A stretch of 64,000 bases of DNA from Spirochaetota bacterium (GCA_026418195.1 JAOABU010000063.1:4113-68112); one strand, 5' to 3'. Counted from the first letter of the stretch, positions 50,129-60,151 are shown. Made by a program: numbers and translations. Notes: generated from the letters alone by a model not told the origin.

Positions 50129-50596
50129 ATGGAAAGAGTCTATCAACGTACCTTTGCTTTGCTGAAACCAGGAGTCTTGCAACGCCGCTTAGTTGGCACC
50201 GTGCTATCCCGAATCGAAGCAAAAGGGTTGAAAATTATCGGGATGAAACTCCTATGGCTTACTCGAGAACAGTGTAAGGTTCAATATGGAGAACATGAGG
50301 GTAAATATTTTTACCCTCCTTTACTTGAGTATATGACATCCGGACCTGTCATTGCCCTTGTCTTGGCTGGATACGATGCTGTAAAAACCCTTCGACAACT
50401 AGCAGGTCCTACGGACCCCGCACAAGCTCCTCCCGGAACCATCCGAGGTGATTATGGGACCCTGACCCGATACAACATCATTCACGCTTCGGACTCTGAG
50501 GAGAGCGCAGAACGGGAAATATCCCTCTATTTTCAAGAAGAAGAACTCCATGATTGGGAGGATGGAAACACATACTGGTATGGAGGTGCACGATGA
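50129..50596 (+). CDS. ndk: Nucleoside diphosphate kinase
   Basis: RTFALLKP, SGPV, PGTIRGDY and NIIHASDS (catalytic His). Confidence 0.96.
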   Translation: MERVYQRTFALLKPGVLQRRLVGTVLSRIEAKGLKIIGMKLLWLTREQCKVQYGEHEGKYFYPPLLEYMTSGPVIALVLAGYDAVKTLRQLAGPTDPAQAPPGTIRGDYGTLTRYNIIHASDSEESAEREISLYFQEEELHDWEDGNTYWYGGAR

Positions 50597-51690
50597 GTAT
50601 TACAGTTGGTATTCTAGGTGCCGGAGGTTGGGGAACCGCTTTAGCCAAAGTTCTTGCCGAAAAAGGTGCTGAGGTAGAACTCTGGAGCTATGAGGAATCT
50701 GTAGCAAGGGAGATCAATGCATTCCATACGAACACCAAATATCTCCCCGAAGTTACCATACCCGACGGGATCAAGGCATCTACAGACATCCAAACTGTCG
50801 CTACTGGCAAGGAATACATTTTGATTGCCATCCCCTCTCTATTCCTTCTCCCATCGATAAAAAAGATCCTGACAGTTCCCAATATCATGGAAGGGCAGAG
50901 TCTCATTGGGGTCGTTACCAAAGGATTTGTTTCAACCCCCTTGGGGCCACGATTGATTTTGAACACTCTCGAAGACTACTTACCAGGATTCTATAAGGGC
51001 AATCTGGTCTATATTTCTGGTCCTAGCCATGCAGAGGAGGTTGCTAGAGGAAAACTCACTGGATTGATAAGCGCTTCCCTCAACGGGAAGAACTCGATAC
51101 GATTTCGAGAACTCCTTTCCACCTCTAATCTTCTAGTCTTTAGTTCTTTCGATGTAATTGGAGTCCAAGTGTGCGGTGCCACGAAGAATGTAATTGCCAT
51201 CGCTTTTGGAATGCTGGATGCATTGAAAGATTTATCCAATTTCGTAGGAGATAACACAGAAAGCTTACTCCTGGCGGCAGGATTGAACGAGATCCAGACT
51301 CTTGGACGGGCCCTTGGATCCACCCATCCTGAAACTTTCACTTCCATCGCAGGGGTTGGAGACTTGGACGTAACTTGCCGAAGCATCTACGGAAGAAATC
51401 GACGCTTCGGAAGGGAGATCATTCTGAAAGGAGTATTACAGAAGTTTCGGAATCTAGAGGACCTTCTCGAGAGGATCCACGAGTTAGGGTACCTTCCCGA
51501 AGGAGCGGTTGCATGTAAATCCGTCATGAGTATAGCGAACGAACGACAGTTGAAGTTACCCATCGCGGAGACCGTGTTTCGAATTTTGAATCGTGAGCAA
51601 GAACCGTTTCCCCTTATCGAGCAGCTGTTGAAAGCCCTCACTCGATCGAACTTGGAGGGATTATGGATATCCGGAGGACAAGGAACCTAG
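50593..51690 (+). CDS. gpsA: NAD(P)H-dependent glycerol-3-phosphate dehydrogenase
   Basis: GAGGWGTALA, TKG, SGPSHA, KNVIAIA and GDLDVTC...RNRRFG. ATGA overlap with ndk. Confidence 0.95.
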   Translation: MSITVGILGAGGWGTALAKVLAEKGAEVELWSYEESVAREINAFHTNTKYLPEVTIPDGIKASTDIQTVATGKEYILIAIPSLFLLPSIKKILTVPNIMEGQSLIGVVTKGFVSTPLGPRLILNTLEDYLPGFYKGNLVYISGPSHAEEVARGKLTGLISASLNGKNSIRFRELLSTSNLLVFSSFDVIGVQVCGATKNVIAIAFGMLDALKDLSNFVGDNTESLLLAAGLNEIQTLGRALGSTHPETFTSIAGVGDLDVTCRSIYGRNRRFGREIILKGVLQKFRNLEDLLERIHELGYLPEGAVACKSVMSIANERQLKLPIAETVFRILNREQEPFPLIEQLLKALTRSNLEGLWISGGQGT

Positions 51691-51715
51691 CCCATAACCT
51701 ACTCAAACACTTCTT

Positions 51716-52705
51716 CTAATTGTTGGGATAAAACTTTGCCCGGTACTCCTCGATTTCTATCATGGGGGGGCGTTCAATAGTTAGAATTTCGGTTCGAACC
51801 GGTTGATGGATGTTCTCCTTTGCCTGAAGGGCAATATGATGGGAATGTAGCACCGCATCTAGGTGACAATCGCTTCGTTTCTGCAACCGGTTGAAGAAGG
51901 TTGAAAGGATTCCAAAGGACATACGGCTTAGAGCTTCCACACTTTGGTTCCTGTGAACTCGGCGATCGAGGTCTACCTGTGCTAACACGTTTTGCCCAAA
52001 CAGATGGTAGATATCGATCAAATGTCCCAATTCCACTCCATACCCAACGGAAAACGGTAGTTGCTCTAGCAGGTGCCTTCTGCCCGCATATTCACCACTC
52101 AAGGGTTGTATCAGGTACGAGAGTTCCGGATAAAACAGGGAAAATAAAGGGCGAACAAGAATTTCTGTAACCCTGCCTCCTCCTGTCGGTGAAAACCCCG
52201 ATGAAGTCTTCAAAGGTCTTTCGTACAAGGCTTTCACATACCCAATCTCTGGGTTTTCCAGTAGAGGACCTACCAGTCCATATACGAACTTGGGTGCAAT
52301 ATTGTGGATGTCTGCATCGATCCATACGATGATATCACCCGTCAGAATATAAAGACTTTTCCAAAGGTTTTCACCTTTCCCCTTGTAAGTTCCATATTTG
52401 GGTAGGATATGTTTAGACTCGTACACCTTTGCACCGAAGCTAGTGGCAATGGACCTTGTTCTATCGATGGAACCCGAATCGATCACCACGATCTCGTCCA
52501 ACAGTGAGACCCGATCCATCAGTTCAGCCTTGAGAATGAGAATTTCCTTTCCAATGGTGGCCTCTTCGTTCAAAGTGGGAAAAGCCAAAGAAATCCTTAC
52601 CCCTTGCTGAGCTTTCAGTTCTACCAATCGAGAGATATCTGAATACCTGCTATGGTGAAAAGTCTGATGAAAAATAGGATTTGTCTCTAAGGCGTGATGG
52701 TTCAT
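51716..52705 (-). CDS. gpgS: Glucosyl-3-phosphoglycerate synthase
   Basis: PTLNEEATI, GKGENLW, DAD, GGGRVTE, QPLSGEYA, YGVE and RVHRNQ motifs. Confidence 0.9.
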   Translation of the reverse strand: MNHHALETNPIFHQTFHHSRYSDISRLVELKAQQGVRISLAFPTLNEEATIGKEILILKAELMDRVSLLDEIVVIDSGSIDRTRSIATSFGAKVYESKHILPKYGTYKGKGENLWKSLYILTGDIIVWIDADIHNIAPKFVYGLVGPLLENPEIGYVKALYERPLKTSSGFSPTGGGRVTEILVRPLFSLFYPELSYLIQPLSGEYAGRRHLLEQLPFSVGYGVELGHLIDIYHLFGQNVLAQVDLDRRVHRNQSVEALSRMSFGILSTFFNRLQKRSDCHLDAVLHSHHIALQAKENIHQPVRTEILTIERPPMIEIEEYRAKFYPNN

Positions 52706-53925
52706 TCTGTTTCATTCAACTCCATTGCTTCTATTCCAAGTTCTAAAAATACGGGAAGTTGCTGGAACCCTACTTCAATGGGTTCTATTTCAATGTATTC
52801 GTCCTGCTTTCCCTTTTTGCCCCGGGTTATTCCCAATGTGATGGCAGGAATGTCGAAAGAGTGTAAAAACGTTGTCTTGGTGGGGATGGATATAGAGTGT
52901 TTGTGAATCTTCAATCGTTGATACACTTCTTTTAACGTACTAAGAAGTACAGAGTTAAGATCTGGATTTCCAGGAGGGACATGGGAAAGTAGTTTGATTT
53001 CTACGTGGACACCCATTTCTGTTGCGATCTTTTCTATGGTAGCAATTACCGTGTTTTTCATCATTTCAAGAATGGAGTCATTGCGGGAAAACAGTTCCAA
53101 CTCCAGCGTCCCTTCGGTCGGGTAGTATCCAAAACCGACTCCTGCATCGATACGAGCAATATTCAGGGCTGTCTTACTCTCTATGTCCCATTGAATCGTT
53201 CCTAATTGGAAAGTAATATGAGAGAGAACCGCAACAGCAGATGATCGGTTGGCATGGTTCAACCCATTCGGTTTAAGGGTGTAGACCCGTACAGATACCT
53301 TGGACTGTCCTAATGGTTGGGGTTCGAAAATCCCCTGTTGGATACTATACACATAGAGAGTAAAGGATATGCTACCAGGGAAGGTGTTGAGAAAGTATTC
53401 CAAATTCTTGAACTCCCCCGCCTCTTCGGATAGATTCGTGAATAGGCAGACAACGTCTTGAGGGTACTCGTACAAGGTAGTTTGCATCTGTTCAGTAAAG
53501 TTCAATAAAGCTGCAACTGCTATGCTTTCATCCGAAATTCCCATTCCCTTTGCTCGAGTTTCTATCAGATGAACCAGGCTTTCTAGGGGAGAATACTGTT
53601 CTGCTCCTATATCTGTATAGAGCAGGACGTACTTATCGGTAAAACGTGAAGCAGGAAAGATAGCGGCAATATTCCCTCTTTCGTCTCGGTAGGGTGCACA
53701 AATACCAAACTCGTGTAATTTATGAAGAATGAACTCCCCCCGTGGAGATTCAGCTTCAGGGGTAGAAGAAACTTCATTGAAGAGCATTGCATCGGAAAGA
53801 ATGCGGGTTACAATAGAACTGTACCTTCCTTGCGCCGCCTTGGGGGACAGAGATTTGAATTTACCTTTCAGAAACCTGTTGAAAAGAGAGGAAACACTGT
53901 GGGAAAGGGTTTGCATCCATCCCAT
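52702..53925 (-). CDS. M20/M28 peptidase-fold protein with degenerate metal ligands
   Basis: DERGNI, GISD, SEE, NIARIDAG and IPAITLG fit the M20 fold. The expected HxD and C-terminal His are absent. Confidence 0.65.
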   Translation of the reverse strand: MGWMQTLSHSVSSLFNRFLKGKFKSLSPKAAQGRYSSIVTRILSDAMLFNEVSSTPEAESPRGEFILHKLHEFGICAPYRDERGNIAAIFPASRFTDKYVLLYTDIGAEQYSPLESLVHLIETRAKGMGISDESIAVAALLNFTEQMQTTLYEYPQDVVCLFTNLSEEAGEFKNLEYFLNTFPGSISFTLYVYSIQQGIFEPQPLGQSKVSVRVYTLKPNGLNHANRSSAVAVLSHITFQLGTIQWDIESKTALNIARIDAGVGFGYYPTEGTLELELFSRNDSILEMMKNTVIATIEKIATEMGVHVEIKLLSHVPPGNPDLNSVLLSTLKEVYQRLKIHKHSISIPTKTTFLHSFDIPAITLGITRGKKGKQDEYIEIEPIEVGFQQLPVFLELGIEAMELNETE

Positions 53926-54028
53926 GATCTATATTCACTATACTCCACCCTACGGATGCCTGCCATCGAATCTCTAAGGTAAATTTACCCTTGGACAATC
54001 CTTGAAAATTAAGTATCGTATCATAAAC

Positions 54029-54841
54029 ATGGTTCAAAAGATTACCCTTAGGGAACTATCTAGTATTCCTCCCCTTTTCACCTTCCAGGAGAGATATCTA
54101 CTGAGCCAGGAACTCCTAAGGAAAGACCTTTACCCTCCCATCCCTCTATGGTTCAGAGGTAGTAAGGAAGGGGAATGGATCATCTGGGGCAAAGGATTGG
54201 TTGATCAACTAAAAGACCTGAACAAACAAGAGGTGCTTGTCCGGAGGTTCGGACCCGATGAACTGACTTCAACCGATGCCTTGATACTATGGATGGGGTT
54301 GGAACATAGAGAGGAGGAATGGGATTCTTACCGTGTGCAAGAGCTTAGCGCCCTCCCTACTCCTTTACAGACTCTAGTAGCAGAACTGAAGCTGGATCTA
54401 AAGACTGCCATGCGAGTGAAAAGTCTACCATTAAGAATTCTAGAGGCTTTCATTCCTCTCTTGGAAACCTTCAGTTATTCCCAACGGAGGATCTTTCTTC
54501 GACTCTTTTTTGAAGTATTTCATAGGGATCAACTGGATACGATGAAAGGGTTGGAACTCGTTACCTACCTGGTTAGTTCACCCAATCCCTTGGAGGAACT
54601 CCATCGAATCCGATACCCCGAGTTTCATCGATTAGAGCAGTCCTACCGTGCCACCGTAGATCCAATCCTTAAGGGTTCAGGAATACAGGTTTCTCCTCCC
54701 TCATATTTCGAAGGCACTCGCTTTAAAGTAGAGTTTTGCTTTGAAAAAGGCACTCAATTAAAGAAAAAAGCTCAAATCCTACAGAAACTTTCCGAAACGA
54801 TCGATTCTGTGATAAACAGACTGACCCATGATGCAATATAA
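54029..54841 (+). CDS. Hypothetical protein, possibly with a degenerate ParB-like N-terminus
   Basis: PPIPL...WIIWG pattern without the GxRR arginine patch. Overlaps the next gene. Confidence 0.55.
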   Translation: MVQKITLRELSSIPPLFTFQERYLLSQELLRKDLYPPIPLWFRGSKEGEWIIWGKGLVDQLKDLNKQEVLVRRFGPDELTSTDALILWMGLEHREEEWDSYRVQELSALPTPLQTLVAELKLDLKTAMRVKSLPLRILEAFIPLLETFSYSQRRIFLRLFFEVFHRDQLDTMKGLELVTYLVSSPNPLEELHRIRYPEFHRLEQSYRATVDPILKGSGIQVSPPSYFEGTRFKVEFCFEKGTQLKKKAQILQKLSETIDSVINRLTHDAI

Positions 54842-55895
54842 GGTTCCTAAGAACATCTACCTGACCCCTGAAGCGAACACCCTCCCAGCAGTGAAACACG
54901 CTCTTCGATTCCTAGGACATCCTATCTATCAGACGGTAGAAAGCCCAACGGATATTCCTCCAGAACACCAGAATCAGGACACCCTCTTCATTACCTCCTA
55001 TAGGGGGCAAACAGTGCACAAATGTCCAGGTTCCCGTGGACATATCTGTTGCAACTACCTCACCATTGATCTGTACCTCGGATGCACCCTCGGATGCACA
55101 TACTGTATCATGAAAAGTTACCTAAACTTTTCTCCCCTAACGGTATATGCAGACCCTTCCCCATCTATCCAATGGATCCGGGGACTATCGAACCAGTATC
55201 CATATAGAGCAATACGGATCGGTACAGGCGAAACCGGCGATTCCCTACTGCTGGATCCCATCTTCCATCTGAGTCGCCAGTTGATTGAAGGGGTTTGTGA
55301 TCTACCTAACGTATACCTGGAACTGAAAACGAAAACGGCCCATGTAGAGCATCTCCTTGATATTCCAATCAAGGGGAATACGATCATCGCCTTTTCCCTC
55401 AACGCAAGAGAGATCCAGGAACAGGAAGAAGGTACCAGTGCCTCGATCGAGGAACGGATCGCTGCTGCCCTTCGATCCGCTGAAGCAGGGTACAACCTAG
55501 CTTTCCATTTCGATCCTATTCTTCGGTTTCCTGGTTGGGAAGAGCAGTATTCACATACCATCAACCTTCTCAAGAAGGTACCTTCAGAACGGATCCGTTG
55601 GATCAGCCTAGGAACTGTGCGCTTTACCGGGGCTCTGCGGGATCGAATGGAAGATCGGCCTTTCCTGTTTGAGGAGTTTGTACCCTGTCGGGATGGGAAG
55701 TTTCGGTATCTTCAACCGATTCGGATCCAGATGTATCGGTGGTTCTTGAATCAACTCTCAGCCCTAACCGATGCGCCTGTGTACCTCTGCATGGAGAGTG
55801 TAGATGTCTGGAAGGCGGTGTATGGGAAACTTCCTATGAAAATGGATTCATTTCGAGATATATTTACTCATGTGCCTTGTAACTTACGATTTTGA
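54828..55895 (+). CDS. Radical SAM protein, spore photoproduct lyase-like family
   Basis: CTLGCTYC, KCPG...CC, RIGTGETGDSL, ELKTK, FHFDP and YLCME motifs. Confidence 0.85.
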   Translation: MMQYKVPKNIYLTPEANTLPAVKHALRFLGHPIYQTVESPTDIPPEHQNQDTLFITSYRGQTVHKCPGSRGHICCNYLTIDLYLGCTLGCTYCIMKSYLNFSPLTVYADPSPSIQWIRGLSNQYPYRAIRIGTGETGDSLLLDPIFHLSRQLIEGVCDLPNVYLELKTKTAHVEHLLDIPIKGNTIIAFSLNAREIQEQEEGTSASIEERIAAALRSAEAGYNLAFHFDPILRFPGWEEQYSHTINLLKKVPSERIRWISLGTVRFTGALRDRMEDRPFLFEEFVPCRDGKFRYLQPIRIQMYRWFLNQLSALTDAPVYLCMESVDVWKAVYGKLPMKMDSFRDIFTHVPCNLRF

Positions 55896-55905
55896 GGTAA
55901 TAAAG

Positions 55906-56997
55906 ATGAAAAACTCACCTACAACACACAAAATCATCCTATTTAGTATGGGATTCCTCTTTTTTCTGGGTGCACTGCTTTTCACCTATTCAGAAGATAT
56001 TGGAGAAGTTTCCTATATACAACAAGGGGCCACCCTCGTTCGTGATACAAAAACCTTGCCTCTGGATTTCAGTTCTCCCATTGAAAATTACGATTTGGTT
56101 CGTACCAACTCCTCTGGCTTGGTAGAAATCCAATTCTATGAAGGACTAGGAATCCAAGGCAGCCTCCTGATAAAACCTGCTTCCAGTCTATACATTGATC
56201 TTTCCCTTCTATCCGATGGAGGGAAGGCTCGAATCGAACTTCTTTCTGGGACGGTTACGCAGAAAGCGATTAAACTAGCGGGGAAATCTAGCTTCGAGGT
56301 ACGGGCGGGTAACGTATCCATGGGGGTACGAGGAACCACCTTCGAGGTAGCCACTGTGCCCGACGGTTCCATACTCATTTCCTGCGCAGAGGGTCAAGTT
56401 CGATGCGAAACAGAAGATGGTACGACTCTGTTTGCCGAACCAGGAAGCGCGGTAGAGAGTACTCCTGAACGAGGATTCCGCAATATACCTATCATGTTCC
56501 AAGACTTAGAAACCTTTCGACGCAACTGGCATTCAGAGCGGGTTGAAGCGTTTCGTGCCAATGCTCATCGAGCTCTCCGCAACTTCGCCAATCGATATTT
56601 AGAGATGAAAGGAAAGTTCGATGACGCGTATAAATCTTTAATGGCGCGGTACGAAATCTTGGAGAAATGGGTTCGGGAGGACAGAACAAATAGAATCGGT
56701 GCAATGTCTGAAGTCCTCCGAGAAAAGCGTAGTATAGCGGGTCCCCTTTTGAATCTTAGGAAAAAAAGTTTCCTTTTTGAAAAAGTGTACTATCGCCTAG
56801 TAGAACTCCGGGAGTACTACAAACAGGGAATGATTCGAGGGGATCTGGGAAACGGTATGACCGCCGAGCAGTTCTTCCGGCGTTTTGACAACGAAGCGGT
56901 AGATCTAGAAGAAAAGATGAACGTGTTCCGTCAAACGTTAAAGTTGTTCGCCAAACGAAACGAAGGGGTTTCCATCATTGATACGTTGGAAAATTAG
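55906..56997 (+). CDS. FecR-domain protein (secreted or membrane-anchored)
   Basis: N-terminal hydrophobic segment, DLVRT, GVRGTTF and EGQV FecR motifs, helical C-terminus. Confidence 0.82.
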   Translation: MKNSPTTHKIILFSMGFLFFLGALLFTYSEDIGEVSYIQQGATLVRDTKTLPLDFSSPIENYDLVRTNSSGLVEIQFYEGLGIQGSLLIKPASSLYIDLSLLSDGGKARIELLSGTVTQKAIKLAGKSSFEVRAGNVSMGVRGTTFEVATVPDGSILISCAEGQVRCETEDGTTLFAEPGSAVESTPERGFRNIPIMFQDLETFRRNWHSERVEAFRANAHRALRNFANRYLEMKGKFDDAYKSLMARYEILEKWVREDRTNRIGAMSEVLREKRSIAGPLLNLRKKSFLFEKVYYRLVELREYYKQGMIRGDLGNGMTAEQFFRRFDNEAVDLEEKMNVFRQTLKLFAKRNEGVSIIDTLEN

Positions 56998-57004
56998 GAA
57001 AGAA

Positions 57005-57032
57005 GGGGCGGGATGAACGAACATTCCGCCCC
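57005..57032. terminator. Hairpin between convergent genes
   Basis: GGGGCGGGATG-aacgaa-CATTCCGCCCC. Confidence 0.6.
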
Positions 57033-57046
57033 GATTGGTACATGGG

Positions 57047-58543
57047 TTAGCCGGTCCCTTTTTTCCTTTTCAGTTCTTTCACGATCGGCCAAACAATCGA
57101 AGCGATAGTTAAGAGGATCAATGTAACACAGATTGGGGAACCCCAAAAAATGCTCCAGTCACCCCCAGAAATAAGCCGAGCTTGTCGGAAAGACTGCTCC
57201 ATCATACCTCCTACAATCCCAGCGAGAATCATAGGGGAGGTCGGGATATCGGCCTTTTCCATGAACAGCCCAATGAGCCCGAAAATAATCATGATGAACA
57301 GATCCGTCACCATGTTATTAATGGCATAGGTGCCAATGAATGCCAATCCGAGCACAATGGGGAAAAGATACCGGGCGGGAACGGCCAACACCCGTACCAG
57401 CATTTTTGCCAGAGGCATGTTTATTATAATACATATGACATTCCCAATAATCATACTGGCAATCATACCCCAGGCGATGTCAGGATGCTTTTCGAACAGC
57501 AGGGGACCCGGTTGTAGCCCTAACATGAGTAAGGCTCCCATCATGACTGCGGTAGTTCCCGATCCAGGGATCCCCAATGTCATCATGGGGATCAAGGCTC
57601 CTACGGAGGCCGCATTATTGGCTGCTTCTGGTGCGGCTAACCCCTCGATGGCTCCTTTTCCAAACTCCTCCGGATGTTTGGATAAATTCTTTTCGTTATT
57701 GTAGGCCATCAAAGCAGCCATCGTACCCCCAGCTCCAGGAAGAACTCCTACAAAGAATCCAAGGGGTGTACTGCGAAGAATCGGAAGCCATGACCTCTTC
57801 CAATCTTCCTTTGTAATCCAAATAGGCCCAAATTTTGTTTGCACTTTTCGGGTACCTTCATGGATCATCCGGAAACTCTTGAATACTTCTCCCAAAGCGT
57901 AGATCCCCAGGATAATGATGAGGAAGTCGATCCCTCCCTGCAATTCCAAGATACCAAAGGTGAATCGAGATACTCCCGATTGGGCATCCAATCCTACAGT
58001 AGATACCATCAATCCCAAGAAGAGGGAAATAAATCCTTTCACCACGTTGGTTTTTGACATAGCAGCTGTAGCAGAAAGGGCAAACACCATCAACAGAAAA
58101 TACTCGGCAGGACCAAACTTGATAGCTAACCGTGCTACTGGAACAGCTGTAAAAATCATCACGATGGTGGAAATCATTCCTCCAATGAAGGATGCAATAG
58201 CGGATATGGCCAAAGCCGCTTCCGCTCTTCCCTTCATCGCGAGGGGATATCCATCAAAGGTAGCTGCTATGGCAGCTCCATCCCCGGGGGTGTTGATCAG
58301 AATCGAGGAACGGGAGCCGCCGAACATGGCCCCATAGTACCCCCCCGCCATGGTAATTAATGCACCTACAGGTCCCATGGTAAACGTTAAAGGCAGTAGA
58401 ACAGCAACTCCGGTAGCAGGCCCCAAACCGGGCAGCATTCCGATAACGGTTCCCAAAAGTCCTCCAAGGGTTACCCAGAAAATGTTTATCGGCTGGAGAG
58501 CAACCTGTAGACCCAGTGAAAGATTCGATAATATTACGTCCAT
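57047..58543 (-). CDS. tctA: Tripartite tricarboxylate transporter large permease
   Basis: GMLPGLG, INTPG, DGYP, PEAANNA and LGIPGS motifs. Confidence 0.96.
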   Translation of the reverse strand: MDVILSNLSLGLQVALQPINIFWVTLGGLLGTVIGMLPGLGPATGVAVLLPLTFTMGPVGALITMAGGYYGAMFGGSRSSILINTPGDGAAIAATFDGYPLAMKGRAEAALAISAIASFIGGMISTIVMIFTAVPVARLAIKFGPAEYFLLMVFALSATAAMSKTNVVKGFISLFLGLMVSTVGLDAQSGVSRFTFGILELQGGIDFLIIILGIYALGEVFKSFRMIHEGTRKVQTKFGPIWITKEDWKRSWLPILRSTPLGFFVGVLPGAGGTMAALMAYNNEKNLSKHPEEFGKGAIEGLAAPEAANNAASVGALIPMMTLGIPGSGTTAVMMGALLMLGLQPGPLLFEKHPDIAWGMIASMIIGNVICIIINMPLAKMLVRVLAVPARYLFPIVLGLAFIGTYAINNMVTDLFIMIIFGLIGLFMEKADIPTSPMILAGIVGGMMEQSFRQARLISGGDWSIFWGSPICVTLILLTIASIVWPIVKELKRKKGTG

Positions 58544-58552
58544 TCTATCCCC

Positions 58553-59020
58553 CTACAGACCTAAGAAAGGCATTCTGGGAAGCTGAATGTTCAATACTTC
58601 TCCAAAAAGAGCATAGACCCCCACACTGAATCCGATTGAAACTCCCAAGATCGACTTCCATCGTTCCTTCCCGTTAAACAAGGATAGAACTGACGAAAGG
58701 AAAAGGAAAGTTGAAAGGAGGTAACCCAACCGTTCAAAGAAAAACGCATACAAGATGCATAGAAAGGTGACTGTAGCAATGGATTTCCCGTACTGGGTTA
58801 AAGTTAGGGAGACCGACTTTCGTTCTTTCTTTAACAGCCACGCCTTTTCTTGGATCAGAAGAAGTATGCCCATGATCGTCATTCCAAGTCCTAACATGAG
58901 GGGGAAAACGGATGGAGCTATGGGGTTCCCTACTGTCGCGCGAGGCAAGGTCCAGGCCATATACGAGTATCCAATCCCTATCAGGAATGAGAGGATACCG
59001 GTAATTGTATTGATTGTCAT
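58553..59020 (-). CDS. tctB: Tripartite tricarboxylate transporter small subunit
   Basis: 4-5 TM helices, PSVFP and LGY, located between tctC and tctA. GAGGAG RBS before ATG 59020. Confidence 0.9.
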   Translation of the reverse strand: MTINTITGILSFLIGIGYSYMAWTLPRATVGNPIAPSVFPLMLGLGMTIMGILLLIQEKAWLLKKERKSVSLTLTQYGKSIATVTFLCILYAFFFERLGYLLSTFLFLSSVLSLFNGKERWKSILGVSIGFSVGVYALFGEVLNIQLPRMPFLGL

Positions 59021-59091
59021 ATAGAGCTCCTCAGAGGGTAGGCTACCCTCCATGGGAGGTGCCTACCTTTCCGATTTTGATTCAGCACAGA

Positions 59092-60096
59092 TTATTGTTT
59101 TAGCATCCCGATTTCGCCCAACACAGCTTTATAGTCTTCGTTGGTTTTGTCCAGGAAAGCCATGAAGTCTGGGGCATCCATATAGTTCTTGGTCCAGCCA
59201 TTCTGCTTGCAAGCTGCATCCCATTCAGGAGTTTTTACCATCTCTGCAAGAGTTTTCCGCCAGTAATTCACAGCATACTCCGGCATTTCAGGCGGACCAA
59301 ACAACCCTCTCCAGTTTCTAAACACCTCATTGATACCTTGCTCTTTACAAGTAGGAATATCCTTTAAAACATCTGTAGTTACTCGTTCAGGACCGGTTTG
59401 TGCCAGTCCACGCAGGTCTCCGCTTTGTAAAAGGCCTCTTACGTCACTGAGGCCTGTGGAAAGAAGATGAATATGTCCCCCTAACACTTGAGCGGGACCA
59501 GACCCTTCTTGGAAGCTCACGTATTTGATTTTCTTAAGATCCTTCACACCCGCAGCTCTGGCCATGATTAGGAACTGGATATGATCCATACTTCCGACAG
59601 CAGATGTTCCCCCAATCACCACACTGGAAGGATCTTTTTTTAGGTCTTCCATTACCTGGGCAATGGAGGTGTATTTAGAATTCTTGGCTACTACGAATGC
59701 CCCGTAATCGGTAATAAGCGCAGCTAGAGGAGTAGTATTCTTATAACTGTACGGTGAAGATCCATTCAGGTTGATCAGTAGGAGAGGAGGGCTGTAAACT
59801 GCAATAAGGTTATCCGCTCCTTTTTTAGTCTGCATGTAAGCAAGGTTCACCCCACCGCCACCGCCTGGCTTGTTCGTTACGGGAAGGGGTACAGGCACCA
59901 GTTTCGTATCCGTCAGAACCTTAGCCACGGTACGAATGGTGAGGTCCCATCCTCCACCGGCTCCTGCAGGAGCGATCATATCGATCGGTTTCGTCGGGTA
60001 CTTCGGAGCTTTCTCCCCTGCCCCTCCGCCAAAGAGGAAAGCTGTGGTAAGGCACACGAGTCCCAGTAAAAAGACTGCTTTCACGGTTTGTTTCAT
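59092..60096 (-). CDS. tctC: Tripartite tricarboxylate transporter substrate-binding protein
   Basis: YPTKPI, AGGGWD, NKPGGGG, GSMDH and NWRG motifs, with a signal peptide. Confidence 0.95.
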   Translation of the reverse strand: MKQTVKAVFLLGLVCLTTAFLFGGGAGEKAPKYPTKPIDMIAPAGAGGGWDLTIRTVAKVLTDTKLVPVPLPVTNKPGGGGGVNLAYMQTKKGADNLIAVYSPPLLLINLNGSSPYSYKNTTPLAALITDYGAFVVAKNSKYTSIAQVMEDLKKDPSSVVIGGTSAVGSMDHIQFLIMARAAGVKDLKKIKYVSFQEGSGPAQVLGGHIHLLSTGLSDVRGLLQSGDLRGLAQTGPERVTTDVLKDIPTCKEQGINEVFRNWRGLFGPPEMPEYAVNYWRKTLAEMVKTPEWDAACKQNGWTKNYMDAPDFMAFLDKTNEDYKAVLGEIGMLKQ

Positions 60097-60151
60097 GAAA
60101 GCCTCCTTATATGTGAAATATGGATACCCCTCAAGGGGTATGGTTTCTCAG

